64,000 nucleotides of DNA, taken from sequence record PX068455.1, one strand, 5' to 3'. This DNA comes from a phage. Numbering within the stretch: position 1 is the stretch's first letter; the number at the start of each line of letters is the position of its first letter. Made by a program: the position numbers and the translations under genes. Of this stretch, positions 45,081-55,514 are shown piece after piece. The notes beneath the pieces are model-generated. The model saw only the letters and a list, made by a program, of their open reading frames with translations. It searched no databases and was not told where the DNA came from.

Positions 45081-45488
45081 ATGAACAATCTTGCAGATGT
45101 AAATGTCGAAATTGTTAAACTAAAGTTCTTGGGCTTTCGAGACCCTTATTCTTTAACAGCTATACTAATGGACACTCACTTCACACCAGGTAAAGAGTAC
45201 ACAGCCTTCCGTTATATTTGTGGAGATCACGAATCAGCTTATAGTGTGAATACAAACCTCGGCGAGGGATATTTCATCAGAGATATCACAGATCACTTAT
45301 GGGGAATGTGGGAGTTGGTGGAAGAAGAGAATAAATCCCTTCCTAAAGAGATTTGGGTGCACACCTTCCACACAGGTAAGTTTGGAGGTACGGAACATAA
45401 GTCTATCCACTATGATGAAGAAAGTGCCATCAAACAACAAGCTGTGCTTGGTGGATCTGTAGAAAAATTTTTTAAATGCGAGGACTGA
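45081..45488 (+). CDS. hypothetical protein (135 aa)
   Basis: ORF 44970..45488 trimmed to ATG with SD GAGGAG. Confidence 0.5.
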   Translation: MNNLADVNVEIVKLKFLGFRDPYSLTAILMDTHFTPGKEYTAFRYICGDHESAYSVNTNLGEGYFIRDITDHLWGMWELVEEENKSLPKEIWVHTFHTGKFGGTEHKSIHYDEESAIKQQAVLGGSVEKFFKCED

Positions 45489-45491
45489 GAA

Positions 45492-45692
45492 ATGGCTGAT
45501 TTTTGTAAAGATTGCTCTGAAGAGTTGTTTGGCTTTGACTGCAAAGATTTGGAAGGTCTGATCACTGAGGATCAGTGGAAGGAAGGCTATGCAGCACCTG
45601 TTATTTGTGAAGGTTGTGGCTATACCTATGTTGACCATAAAGGTAAGCGCGTCAAGCCGTCTGAAGATGGGGCATGTTGGGAGTATTACTAA
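45492..45692 (+). CDS. zinc-ribbon-like small protein (66 aa)
   Basis: CxxC..CxxC..C pattern; SD GAGGA. Confidence 0.5.
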   Translation: MADFCKDCSEELFGFDCKDLEGLITEDQWKEGYAAPVICEGCGYTYVDHKGKRVKPSEDGACWEYY

Positions 45693-45696
45693 CTAT

Positions 45697-45730
45697 AAAA
45701 AGAAAGGGGCCGTTTGGCCCCTTTTTATTT
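45697..45730. terminator. Bidirectional rho-independent terminator between convergent modules
   Basis: GGGGCC-gttt-GGCCCC flanked by AAAAAGAAA and TTTTTATTT. Confidence 0.7.
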
Positions 45731-45738
45731 ACCCCTTG

Positions 45739-48700
45739 TTAACGAGAAAAGGTTGCGTAGGCTTCTAGACGATACTGCTGGTCACCAGGGAACATAACAC
45801 CTATAGAGGCTGTCCCTAGAATCCTGCCTTCCCTTCCAGACTCCATTCTGAACCCTACCCATCCTGAACTCCTTGCAGCCTCGATGTTGTCGCTATACCC
45901 GAAAGTGGCAAGATCGTCAACACCAGCCCCAAACAGCAACTGAAGCTGACTTCTCGGAAGCCCTATAATTTCAGGAATATACGCACCAAAGTACACCATC
46001 TGCCCTACCTTAGGACCGCTGCCGTACTCCATCGGTTTGCTTGTAGAGAAAGTCTTCATACCAGAAGTACCTGCCGGATTAGGGTATGCCCCGTTTGTTG
46101 CTGTACCTATCCACATTCTCCACTGTGGTGCCATCTGTTTAACAGTAAAAGATGTTGAGGACGTTTTGCGGCCTGCATCATCTGTAACTACAAACTTTAT
46201 GGTGACATTCCCAGTAGCTTTAAATGTTACCAGTCCTGTGGTAGCATCCACTGTTGCAATGTTGGTATTGCTACTTTCCCAAGTCTTTCTAATCCCAGAT
46301 ACGTTGGAAGGGGTAATAGAAGGTTCCTGCATCTGCAGTTTACCGCCCACAATCCCTATGCCGTTGCCAGGATTATACAGTGCACCAACCTCGTCTATAA
46401 TGTTCCCTGCTTTGAGACTATACTTCCTTGAGAAATTGTAGGTTCCGTTATAAGTGTGTGTCCCTGAGAAGGTGACATCTGCCTTCCCGTAAGAGATGCA
46501 AACCAACGCATACTTCCTGTCAGGCAACGTTTCTCCAGTCTCTGGGTGAGTTTTACCTACCTGGAACACACTCGGGTCAGTAGAGTCGTGACTATCACTA
46601 ACGGAGCTTGGACCGCCCATCAACTGTGACAAACAATTCCTTACCCATGTCCAGTTATTATCGCTGGAGAAGTCCACAGTCAAATCAAACACAACCCACT
46701 CATTTGGCTTCCACACAGGTGTTGTAATGGACTTGCCTACACCACCTCCTTGGAGTGTTGCCGACTGTTCAGTGATCAGGGCCGCATAGGCCAGAGTTCC
46801 TAAACTCAGAGTCTGGCTTGCTGTCCTCACTACCTTAGAATCAGCATCTGTGAAGTTGTTGATGATTTGGAATGTGCCATAAGTGTTTTTACAGGTAATT
46901 CTGGCGTTCAGTGTGTCAATCTTCCTCACATCTGCCATAGCAGTGTTAGACACAGAGAAGTCAGAAGCTTTAGCTGAGTTTGCCGCAACAGCAGGATCAA
47001 CGTTAAGAGTTGCGTTGAACTGACAAGCAGGAGTAACCAGTAGCTTGTTATCACCTATTTGCTTCCATGAAACACTTTGAACAGGGAGATTCCATTTAAT
47101 ACCTGAGAAAACCTTAGCAACCCTTGGCCCCAAAGCTCCAGTCCTGTTGTCTTTACAGCACATAGACATGGTGATCGTTGACGGAGTGGCCTGACCAAAT
47201 AATTGCTGTGCTTTTGCAGAGGACATAGTGTAGAAATTGTCCTTAACAAACTCATCAGCAGCTAAAGATCCATCAGCTCTCCACCACTGAACCTGATACC
47301 CTGTTTTGTCCCAACCACCGACCTGCTTCAAGTCCTCCCAGGAGATTTCCAGATCCCCGGTGGTAGGATTGATTGCAGCAGTTCCTGGTGTTCCAGATGA
47401 CCATATTGGAATATCGAACCACGCTGGTTTAACCGACTGCACTGCGCTGGGACCTATTGCGGCAGCAAGTTGCTGGCCCATCAATACGCGAGCATCTTTC
47501 ACCAGACCCCACTCAATCATAGACCCAGAGTAACCTTCTTTCTTGTAGGCTGAGGATCCGTTCAAATGGATGAGTCGGCTTGTGCCAAAGTTATGTGCTC
47601 CACCACCGTTGTCGTCTGCAAAATTGGTTATGATTCTGTCCCTGATATTTTTCCATGCCCTGCCTCCAATCTCGTAGTCATGGTCATAACATCTTTGCAG
47701 TGTTGTCCAGCAAATGATCGCCATCCTTCTACCATTGCTGAAGCCAAAGGCCTGATCGTTAAGCTCTCTCCACAAGTAGCAGTTGGTGGTCCACATGGCC
47801 CTATGAATGTTAAACCAGTTTATAGATTTGGCTGAGTTGTTCCACTGAGTCCCAGGTAATTCAGGCCATACTGCATTAACCAGCATGTCTTCTGTTCCTG
47901 CATCAACCAAGAACCCTCTCACCTTCTTACCCATGCCTACCCTATCTTTTGCAATCCAACTGCCAAACAATCTCAGTTTTGGACCGTAGACAACATCTTC
48001 CGGATGCTCAAAAGAAATATATTTTAGGTATATTGTAGGGTCACCATAGGTGCCATCACAAACAGCTTTGTGCATGTTCTCACCAAGGTCTAGACGAAGT
48101 CCTGTTACAACTCTAGACGTGTCGGTGAATTTGTCTGTTAAATCAAACTCATACCACCACCAACCTGCACCCAACAATACTTTCTTACAACGCTGTGCAT
48201 CTGTATCAGATATTCTCTTATCGCCTGCAAAAGGTGAGTCAGCAAACTGATAGTGCAGAGCAACCTCAAAAGGATGTGTGGATGTCCCGTTTTCTGCAAG
48301 AACTTGTTTACCTATCAGGTCGCACTTAATGATCATCACAACACGTTTGTATCCGTTTGTTACCGGAATTTGCATGGACATGGATGTCCCATCCATGTTT
48401 GATCTCAGTGCAGTCATGATGATATAAGGGTCAACGGCATTGCCCAAAGTCTCAGGACCGGGGATTATCTTATACTTCTTGACCTGCCCCATGATGTAGT
48501 CACTTGCGTAAGTTGCCTCATTCAAGCAAGATCCTCCACCAGGTAACTCACCAGGTCCCCAGAAAAATGCGCCGTAACAGTTGTAGAACCACTTGTTAGG
48601 ATCGTATTTATTCTTGAAGGTCTGAACCTCGTTGGCCTGTTTTGTCAAGAAAACCTGCGTGTCTGTGAAGATTGCAGGGTTTACTCTCGCCTGTCTTGGA

Positions 48701-51375
48701 GGGTAACCTGTAGTTTGGTTAAACCACAAATTACAAGAGTAATCCCTCATATAGTCATAATCAGAGTATTTGTTTACATCTTCGTTCCAACACATGTTTA
48801 GGTTGGTACCGCCCATGCATACAATATATTCTGCGACATACTTATCACTTCTGGTAGGAATACCTATGAACCATCTGTTAACAGGCTCATCCCAAGCTGT
48901 GCGCTCATCTTTAACGCAGATAGCAATCCAGTCATGTGTTCCTGTTTTCTTGCACACATCTCGCTTCATACCATAGTAGAACTCTTTAGTATTCGGCTCA
49001 GGTGCATTTATCAGGTAACTCCATGCCTGATTTGCATAAGTTCCATTGGTGCGTGGATCATGATCAAAGGCATACATGATGATCCTTTCCCCACCAAGAT
49101 GTTCGCCAAGAGTAACTTTGACATTCACATCGCCGTAACCATTGCGAACAACATCCATATTGTCAATAGAGATGCCTCTGGGAGTGTAGGCAATCTTCAG
49201 CGAGTTATCCTCACTAGTGCCACCAAGTGTAATCCCTATGTTGTTTGTTGTCCCGTCGGCATATCTTACTGTGGCTTCCCAGCGTATTCCGAAATATCCT
49301 GCATCATGGCTAACAATTTTCAGTGTACGAGCACCAGAGTTAGGTTTTCCAGGATCAGGCCAAGGATTTGGATGTTCATGGACAGTCAACGATGTCCCGT
49401 TTTGCTCGTTGACCTGCAACATTTTACCGCCTCTGCCGTTAGGGTTGAACTCCCACAAGGCTTGTGTTTTCACAATATTGTCATACGTGGTACGTCTCTG
49501 ATCGTAGATCTCCTGAGTCACATCGTAGGTTACAGACCCGGCATCCATTCTATGGAGTCGTACTATATACGATGTATCGCCTTCTACAGCAGGTTGAGCT
49601 GCGTTAAGCCCGAAGTATACAGTATCGTTGACATGGAACTGTTTGTTTCTACCGACAGTATGCCACTTGCCGTTGGACGGGTACGCTGGGACGATAGTGT
49701 TCCAGTTCAAAGTCCTTGTTGTGTGGGTTCTGCCTGTGCCATGTTTGTCATGATAGGTTATTTTTACAGAGTACAGTCCACGTCTGTTAACATTTCTGTT
49801 ATATTGGGTAACAACAACTTCGTTGGCCCCGCCGTGGTTCCAGTTGGTGGAGAATTGGTAATTTGCATCTGTAACAACCGTGCCTGCAGCATTTACCAGT
49901 TCAATCTTGTCAATAATGAACGTAGCCCCCTCTGGCTGAGGCTTCAATTTCATCTTGACCGTGTCACCAATGTAAATATTGCTAACGCTGCTAACACCGT
50001 TAACTTCGAAAATATCATCAACACCCCAACTGTCTACTGGGACATTTTTATACCAATTCTCAGGAACCTCTGTGAACCCCTGGCTATTAAGTCTGCCGCC
50101 AAACAGGTTGTTAGATCCTGCAAAACTTCCCCTTGGGATGCCTGACCACCAAAGTTTACCATTAACAACAGTAAAGGTTCCTAAGAAACCTTCTCTGTGG
50201 ATGCCTTGGAAATAAACACTCTCTGTCCAGCTAACTGGCAGGCGTTGCTCAACATATTTAGCTGTAGCAAGAGCTTGATAGTGGATAAAATTAGCCCTAG
50301 GGCTATTGTTTGCAGATTGTGCACCAATATCATTACACAAGTTGCGAGAGAATCCACGATACTGTTTAGTGCCATTATTGAAGAAAATGCCACTTGTGCC
50401 ATATCCACGAGCCATTATCACCTCATGGGTGTAGGTGATATTTAAGGAACGCCATGTGTCATCTCCCCAGACGTCTTGCCCGTAGAATACGTTAACAAGC
50501 TGCTGGTCATTGGGTTTGTGCATCCTCTGTGTGGCAATTATTGCCCCGTTAGGGCCACACATAAACCCTTTCCACTCCTCATCTGCAGGAATGCCCCTCA
50601 AATCGTTACGAGTAATCTGCACAGGGGGCCAAACAAGGTCGTTTCTACTGTTATTTCTCAGAAAGTCGTATCCAGCAATCCAGAAACCCCTAGGACCACC
50701 GAAAATAACAGAATTGTCATGCACCTCGCAGTTGATGCTTGGGTTTTTCCAAGGTCCTGTTTCAGGATTTTCCGATGTCTCACCAATCTTCACAGGGGTT
50801 GCATGCTGATTTTTATCTACATGTAAAGATCCGTAGGTGTTGTTACCAGATCCATACAGGTTAAGTATGCCAGTACCTTCTGCCTCTGCAATAACCCAGA
50901 CAGTGTTGTTAATACCGCCCATCACCTCAATAAGGCGTTCTGGGTGGGTGTCAAGGTGCAATCCTTTAACAATCTGCTCTGGGAGTGGTGTCCACTCGTT
51001 TACGCAAACATCATTACCGCCTGCAGCAGTGGATCCGATAAGACCTGCAGTGCAGCCGATGTAGAAAAACTGGTTATCAAAAGTCCGGATCACAAACGCG
51101 CGGTCTGCTCTCCACACATGATCAACATTCCAGGCTGTTTCGCTCGGATAGTTTATAGGGCTACGATCCCCAGTGCGGCACTCTCCGAACTTGTTATAGC
51201 CGGTAATATTAAGCTGACCATCATCAAAAAGTATAGCTAAGCTATTTACATAGGATACTGTGTTGCTTGTACCATCACTGTTGTCTATTGGGTATGACAG
51301 AACAGCAAGTTCCTTAATTCCACCCCTCTTATCGAGGAAATGACGACCAAGTTTTAGCAAAGGGATTGGAAGCAT
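45739..51375 (-). CDS. large virion structural protein, putative tail fibre/tailspike with Ig-like (Big_2-type) domain (1878 aa)
   Basis: Location in tail module; Big_2-like segment NIATVDATTGLVTFKATGNVTIKFVVTDDAG near C-terminus. Confidence 0.6.
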   Translation of the reverse strand: MLPIPLLKLGRHFLDKRGGIKELAVLSYPIDNSDGTSNTVSYVNSLAILFDDGQLNITGYNKFGECRTGDRSPINYPSETAWNVDHVWRADRAFVIRTFDNQFFYIGCTAGLIGSTAAGGNDVCVNEWTPLPEQIVKGLHLDTHPERLIEVMGGINNTVWVIAEAEGTGILNLYGSGNNTYGSLHVDKNQHATPVKIGETSENPETGPWKNPSINCEVHDNSVIFGGPRGFWIAGYDFLRNNSRNDLVWPPVQITRNDLRGIPADEEWKGFMCGPNGAIIATQRMHKPNDQQLVNVFYGQDVWGDDTWRSLNITYTHEVIMARGYGTSGIFFNNGTKQYRGFSRNLCNDIGAQSANNSPRANFIHYQALATAKYVEQRLPVSWTESVYFQGIHREGFLGTFTVVNGKLWWSGIPRGSFAGSNNLFGGRLNSQGFTEVPENWYKNVPVDSWGVDDIFEVNGVSSVSNIYIGDTVKMKLKPQPEGATFIIDKIELVNAAGTVVTDANYQFSTNWNHGGANEVVVTQYNRNVNRRGLYSVKITYHDKHGTGRTHTTRTLNWNTIVPAYPSNGKWHTVGRNKQFHVNDTVYFGLNAAQPAVEGDTSYIVRLHRMDAGSVTYDVTQEIYDQRRTTYDNIVKTQALWEFNPNGRGGKMLQVNEQNGTSLTVHEHPNPWPDPGKPNSGARTLKIVSHDAGYFGIRWEATVRYADGTTNNIGITLGGTSEDNSLKIAYTPRGISIDNMDVVRNGYGDVNVKVTLGEHLGGERIIMYAFDHDPRTNGTYANQAWSYLINAPEPNTKEFYYGMKRDVCKKTGTHDWIAICVKDERTAWDEPVNRWFIGIPTRSDKYVAEYIVCMGGTNLNMCWNEDVNKYSDYDYMRDYSCNLWFNQTTGYPPRQARVNPAIFTDTQVFLTKQANEVQTFKNKYDPNKWFYNCYGAFFWGPGELPGGGSCLNEATYASDYIMGQVKKYKIIPGPETLGNAVDPYIIMTALRSNMDGTSMSMQIPVTNGYKRVVMIIKCDLIGKQVLAENGTSTHPFEVALHYQFADSPFAGDKRISDTDAQRCKKVLLGAGWWWYEFDLTDKFTDTSRVVTGLRLDLGENMHKAVCDGTYGDPTIYLKYISFEHPEDVVYGPKLRLFGSWIAKDRVGMGKKVRGFLVDAGTEDMLVNAVWPELPGTQWNNSAKSINWFNIHRAMWTTNCYLWRELNDQAFGFSNGRRMAIICWTTLQRCYDHDYEIGGRAWKNIRDRIITNFADDNGGGAHNFGTSRLIHLNGSSAYKKEGYSGSMIEWGLVKDARVLMGQQLAAAIGPSAVQSVKPAWFDIPIWSSGTPGTAAINPTTGDLEISWEDLKQVGGWDKTGYQVQWWRADGSLAADEFVKDNFYTMSSAKAQQLFGQATPSTITMSMCCKDNRTGALGPRVAKVFSGIKWNLPVQSVSWKQIGDNKLLVTPACQFNATLNVDPAVAANSAKASDFSVSNTAMADVRKIDTLNARITCKNTYGTFQIINNFTDADSKVVRTASQTLSLGTLAYAALITEQSATLQGGGVGKSITTPVWKPNEWVVFDLTVDFSSDNNWTWVRNCLSQLMGGPSSVSDSHDSTDPSVFQVGKTHPETGETLPDRKYALVCISYGKADVTFSGTHTYNGTYNFSRKYSLKAGNIIDEVGALYNPGNGIGIVGGKLQMQEPSITPSNVSGIRKTWESSNTNIATVDATTGLVTFKATGNVTIKFVVTDDAGRKTSSTSFTVKQMAPQWRMWIGTATNGAYPNPAGTSGMKTFSTSKPMEYGSGPKVGQMVYFGAYIPEIIGLPRSQLQLLFGAGVDDLATFGYSDNIEAARSSGWVGFRMESGREGRILGTASIGVMFPGDQQYRLEAYATFSR

Positions 51376-51423
51376 TGTGTTCTCCAGATAAGAAAACCGC
51401 CCCGTCAGGAGCGGTTAGATATA

Positions 51424-53169
51424 TTAACGTTGTGCAATTACTACGTCTACGATATCACCAACACCACAATACGTTAATTGCAGCAAGGTAACACTGTTAG
51501 CCTTGTTGTTAATAACAGGTGTTGCCGACAGGATAGCATACTTATCGTGCAAAGTCACGTTGTGACCTACAGCATCCTGAATTACATAGATAACCGCAGT
51601 GAATGGATAAGGTTTATCTTCCGCTGATGTCCCAGGCCACTGTCCTATTGTAAAATCCCCTTTCGCGTGAACAACATACATACTGGCCTGCCCGTTAGGT
51701 GTCCATGTCCCACTGGACGCGTCAACCTCCTCTAAATCAAAATCTACCTTTCCTGCGTGGAAAGTAGGGGCAGTAATGGTTTTACCCGCCTCAATTTCTT
51801 GAGAGGTGGTTATCTTGCCACTGGAGTTAATGCCATTACAGACAAAGTTGACATTAGAGAAGTCAGGCAACCACCCAGTCACCGTGCCGGATATTTCAAG
51901 GTTGTGAACAGAGGTGGTGCCAGTCCCTGCTGCGTTTAAACTGACATCTCCATTTACCTGCAAGTTGCGGGTAACGTTGCAGTTTTCAGAGTTTGCAGTT
52001 GTTGCAGTTAAAGTGGTTGTTGTCAGCTCGGTAATTACACCTTTGTTGGCTGTAAGCCCTTCTCCTTCAAAAGTTGCACGCTCATTGACTCTTAAGGTAT
52101 TCAGAGCTATGTTTTGGATAGAGGCCGTACCTCGAATAACTACAGACCCGCCAATCTCCAAATCGCCATTTATCAATGCATCACCAGTGCTTTCAATATA
52201 GCTAGGATAGATCATGGTGCCATCGACAGAGTATGTTATCCCTGTAACGGTACCTGTCACCTCAAGGTTCTTAACCCTGGTGGTCCCATCGACCTGCAAT
52301 GTCGGTTCGGTTGCTGCCTTCATGGCATTACCACGAATGTACACGTAGTCAAAAAAGTTATTACCCAGACCATCAAAATGCACATCGTTATTATTAGCCA
52401 CTGGTTTCCCAGAAGTTATAGTGTCAGCTATAACCCTGTGGGTGGACACTTCATGAGGTTGCAGCTCTGTACTTCTCCAGTCTGCATGCTTAGGATCGCT
52501 CCACGCAAAAGTAAGTGTAGAAGTATTTGCCGTGAGGATTAGATTCCTAAAGCGTGCAGTAGAATCTGCCCCATTAACAGGTCCATGTAAGGTAAGGGTG
52601 CCACCAACTATAGTGTTAGCGAGTTCTGTAAGACCTTTTACCACCAAAGATCCTACAGTAACTTTCATCCCCTCCATGGCTTTAAATATGCTATCAACAT
52701 AGTCAACAACAAACTCTGTGTTTGCTATGGACTCTGACTTATCGTCCATTGGAGGTGTAGGTACTCGCGGGTCACCTTCGAACCTTGGGCTGTTAAGTTT
52801 TGCGTAGTATTTTGCCATTACTGCAGAGTCGGTGTATAATCTCCAGTTTGGAGATTGTGAAGGATCTGCTGGCATTCTAACCGGGTTAGATTTTGATGCT
52901 GCTGGGGCGTACCACCACTGAGTGCCTGTATCCCCTTTAAACTCATACAACTGGTTAAAAACTGTTGTGGATGCACCATACGCCCAAGGGATTGGTGGCG
53001 TTTTAAAATAAAGGGTGTCAAGCATGGCTTTTCGTACCGTAGGGATAGTGGTCCCATCCTCTACGACAACTTCATCCACAGCGTTACCGTTGACAATCAA
53101 GTGCAAACGTTCAGAATCAACAATTACTTGATCTACCGCCTGCTCGAAGCTTGTCATGTCTTGCGCCAT
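51424..53169 (-). CDS. tail fibre / tailspike protein with beta-helix-like repeats (581 aa)
   Basis: Gly/Thr/Asn-rich repetitive segments; tail-module context. Confidence 0.55.
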   Translation of the reverse strand: MAQDMTSFEQAVDQVIVDSERLHLIVNGNAVDEVVVEDGTTIPTVRKAMLDTLYFKTPPIPWAYGASTTVFNQLYEFKGDTGTQWWYAPAASKSNPVRMPADPSQSPNWRLYTDSAVMAKYYAKLNSPRFEGDPRVPTPPMDDKSESIANTEFVVDYVDSIFKAMEGMKVTVGSLVVKGLTELANTIVGGTLTLHGPVNGADSTARFRNLILTANTSTLTFAWSDPKHADWRSTELQPHEVSTHRVIADTITSGKPVANNNDVHFDGLGNNFFDYVYIRGNAMKAATEPTLQVDGTTRVKNLEVTGTVTGITYSVDGTMIYPSYIESTGDALINGDLEIGGSVVIRGTASIQNIALNTLRVNERATFEGEGLTANKGVITELTTTTLTATTANSENCNVTRNLQVNGDVSLNAAGTGTTSVHNLEISGTVTGWLPDFSNVNFVCNGINSSGKITTSQEIEAGKTITAPTFHAGKVDFDLEEVDASSGTWTPNGQASMYVVHAKGDFTIGQWPGTSAEDKPYPFTAVIYVIQDAVGHNVTLHDKYAILSATPVINNKANSVTLLQLTYCGVGDIVDVVIAQR

Positions 53170-53178
53170 GATTTCTCC

Positions 53179-53445
53179 TTAAGCTTTTTGCTCTTCGTTT
53201 TTAACGTGGTCAGGGTGCTGGCAACCCCACCGGAGCGAGATGAATTTGCTAATAAGCTGGGGGCAGGCTACTGAAGGTGCATATATCCACGCATACCATT
53301 CAGGAAGCGTATCATTATACCCCATATGAATAAACACCCCAGTCATCACCGCCATGCCTATGTTCGACCATAGCTTAGATTGGGATACTTTCGTAGGGTC
53401 ATCAGATGCCGCAACCAGTCCCCATAAAAACTGAGTTAGTTTCAT
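53179..53445 (-). CDS. small membrane protein, holin-like (88 aa)
   Basis: Two to three hydrophobic segments with charged C-terminus HVKNEEQKA; function tentative. Confidence 0.3.
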   Translation of the reverse strand: MKLTQFLWGLVAASDDPTKVSQSKLWSNIGMAVMTGVFIHMGYNDTLPEWYAWIYAPSVACPQLISKFISLRWGCQHPDHVKNEEQKA

Positions 53446-53456
53446 TTACCCTCTTT

Positions 53457-54503
53457 TTAAGCATAAGATATAGTGATCCATTGACCGTTTACAAGTTTTT
53501 GGATAGCACCTGTCCAGTAATCACCTTGATAAGGGTGTTTATAAGCGTAGTTACCAGAGCACATCACATGTCCAGGGTAGACTCTTGACTCTCTGTAGGT
53601 GGTTTTGAAACGGTTTGCTATCCTTACATCGTCAACCCCTCTACTGGGCATAGGGACAGTAAGGTTACCACTACCGTCTGCGCTGTTACCGTTTACCCTG
53701 CGGACCACGTTTCTTCCACCAACGGTTGCATATTGGCCTCTAACGGTTTCATCGTTACAATCAACTCTTCCACCTATTTGAGCGCTTCCGCAGGATTGTT
53801 GTCCGTTAACAGTGGCTCTTGGTATCGTGACCGCATTGGCATTTGCAGAGGAACTTTTTGCATCGTTGCATTCAAGATTTCCTTGGATAGCCAGTCTTGC
53901 ACGGTTGGCAGTTATAGCATTGAGCTTCATAGCCGAAAACACAGGCTGCCCACCAGAAGGTTGAAATCTCCAACGGAACCCGTCTATTTGGTGAGAAGGA
54001 TCATCAAGGTCTGTGCCGTCAGCACCACCGATGTTGTCCATAATCCAGAAATCCATCGTCGTCTTGTCTGGCGTTATGGTGGTATATATTGCCGCACTGT
54101 CTGTTGACGCAGATGCAAACTCGATTCTTTGGAGACCTAAAGTTTGAGTCTGAGTCATTATGTCTCCAGACTTGTCAACATATAGATCGTCCATTTCTTC
54201 AGGTGAGTATACATTGAGAACTTGACGTGCAGCAGCTTTGTCTGGAACGTCTGCTAGATTATTAGTGACCCTTAAGAATCTATTATCCCATCCTGGGACA
54301 ACATCTTCTGTTAAATGCTTCAACCACGCAGAAAGCATGTGAAGTTCAAAGTTAACAACTTCACATGCCATTCTTTGTGTCATATCCCAACCTTTCAATC
54401 TCTCTTCTTTTTTTGGTTGAGACTTATTCAACTCTCCCGTATTTTCAAGCACAACATCCTGATTGGCCCAAATATCAAGAGGGATAACTGGTTTAGTCAT
54501 CAC
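53457..54503 (-). CDS. tail fibre protein, paralogue 1 (348 aa)
   Basis: Shares N-terminal pattern (PLDIWANQD) and C-terminal KLVNGQWITISYA with 55515..56555. Confidence 0.6.
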   Translation of the reverse strand: MMTKPVIPLDIWANQDVVLENTGELNKSQPKKEERLKGWDMTQRMACEVVNFELHMLSAWLKHLTEDVVPGWDNRFLRVTNNLADVPDKAAARQVLNVYSPEEMDDLYVDKSGDIMTQTQTLGLQRIEFASASTDSAAIYTTITPDKTTMDFWIMDNIGGADGTDLDDPSHQIDGFRWRFQPSGGQPVFSAMKLNAITANRARLAIQGNLECNDAKSSSANANAVTIPRATVNGQQSCGSAQIGGRVDCNDETVRGQYATVGGRNVVRRVNGNSADGSGNLTVPMPSRGVDDVRIANRFKTTYRESRVYPGHVMCSGNYAYKHPYQGDYWTGAIQKLVNGQWITISYA

Positions 54504-54589
54504 GTTCTCCTGAGAAAATTCCTTAGGACTATTTTAACACTTTAGAGAACAAAATGCAAGAACGGAGTCCTTTCCGTTCTGACCTTTGT

Positions 54590-54904
54590 TTACCTTTTAC
54601 TATGCTCTACGAGCATGTGCAAAATCTTTTGTACATCAGCTCGGATGCCGGAGACATCTGTCCTGACATCCTGCTTAAGGTCGTTAATATCGGCCTCTAG
54701 CTTGCTTAACCGGGTCTCGATAACGGAATCAAGTCTATCTTTTGTAACCATACTGTTTTTCACTAAGATGAGGTCTTTCTCCAGTTCATCCAACCTCTGG
54801 GAAATGCCTTTCCATTTGGTGTGCCACTGGTTGAAAGCCCATACACAGATCGGGACAACGGTACCCATACAGATACCGTACAATGCCGCCAAATCCAACT
54901 CCAC
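54590..54904 (-). CDS. membrane protein with coiled-coil C-terminus (104 aa; spanin- or holin-like)
   Basis: N-terminal TM LAALYGICMGTVVPICVWAF then charged helix. Confidence 0.35.
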   Translation of the reverse strand: MELDLAALYGICMGTVVPICVWAFNQWHTKWKGISQRLDELEKDLILVKNSMVTKDRLDSVIETRLSKLEADINDLKQDVRTDVSGIRADVQKILHMLVEHSKR

Positions 54905-54915
54905 AACACCTCCTC

Positions 54916-55500
54916 TTAGAGGGTAGGTCGCTCCGGGAAGAAAATGTCAGGGGCTTTAGATGTATCTATTTCAAGAAGTTTTACCCTGTACATTTTCAAA
55001 TCTCTGATGTTACGTTTCTGGTCATCAGTAAGATCATATTCAAGGTCAATCATGTCTTGATAGGCACCAATTCTAGCAGTAGCCCAAGCAAGTTCTGTCT
55101 CTATGACACCCTCTGCCTGTTGAACAAAGAATTCATTGTCTGTGACAAATTCATCACCAACTAAACGCAAAGCGTCGTGGTGAAGCATAATGTTTTCTGG
55201 TACCTCTTCTTTTTTGGCGATAACCACACGAAGACCTGGAGCAGGCCATAAGGCATCAGGTTCTTCTGTAGATGTCTTAAGAATTCCCTTCTCGTCAACA
55301 AGTAGGAAGATACAACCTGGATTTTCTTGTCGCAATGTTCGTGACTGCACATACCAATCGCCATCATCATTACGTAAAAAATACCCAGTGTATGCGGTGT
55401 AATCCTCAACCTCTTGAGGGGTCAGCTCCTTGGTTTCCTTGTTGGCGTGGTATTCGCCAGATCCCGGTTGGTAAAGTTTAAACTCTTGAAGTATTTTCAT
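54916..55500 (-). CDS. tail fibre assembly chaperone (Caudo_TAP-like; 194 aa)
   Basis: C-terminal signature LKMYRVKLLEIDTSKAPDIFFPERP; directly downstream of a fibre gene. Confidence 0.7.
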   Translation of the reverse strand: MKILQEFKLYQPGSGEYHANKETKELTPQEVEDYTAYTGYFLRNDDGDWYVQSRTLRQENPGCIFLLVDEKGILKTSTEEPDALWPAPGLRVVIAKKEEVPENIMLHHDALRLVGDEFVTDNEFFVQQAEGVIETELAWATARIGAYQDMIDLEYDLTDDQKRNIRDLKMYRVKLLEIDTSKAPDIFFPERPTL

Positions 55501-55514
55501 GCTAGTCCTCCGAT

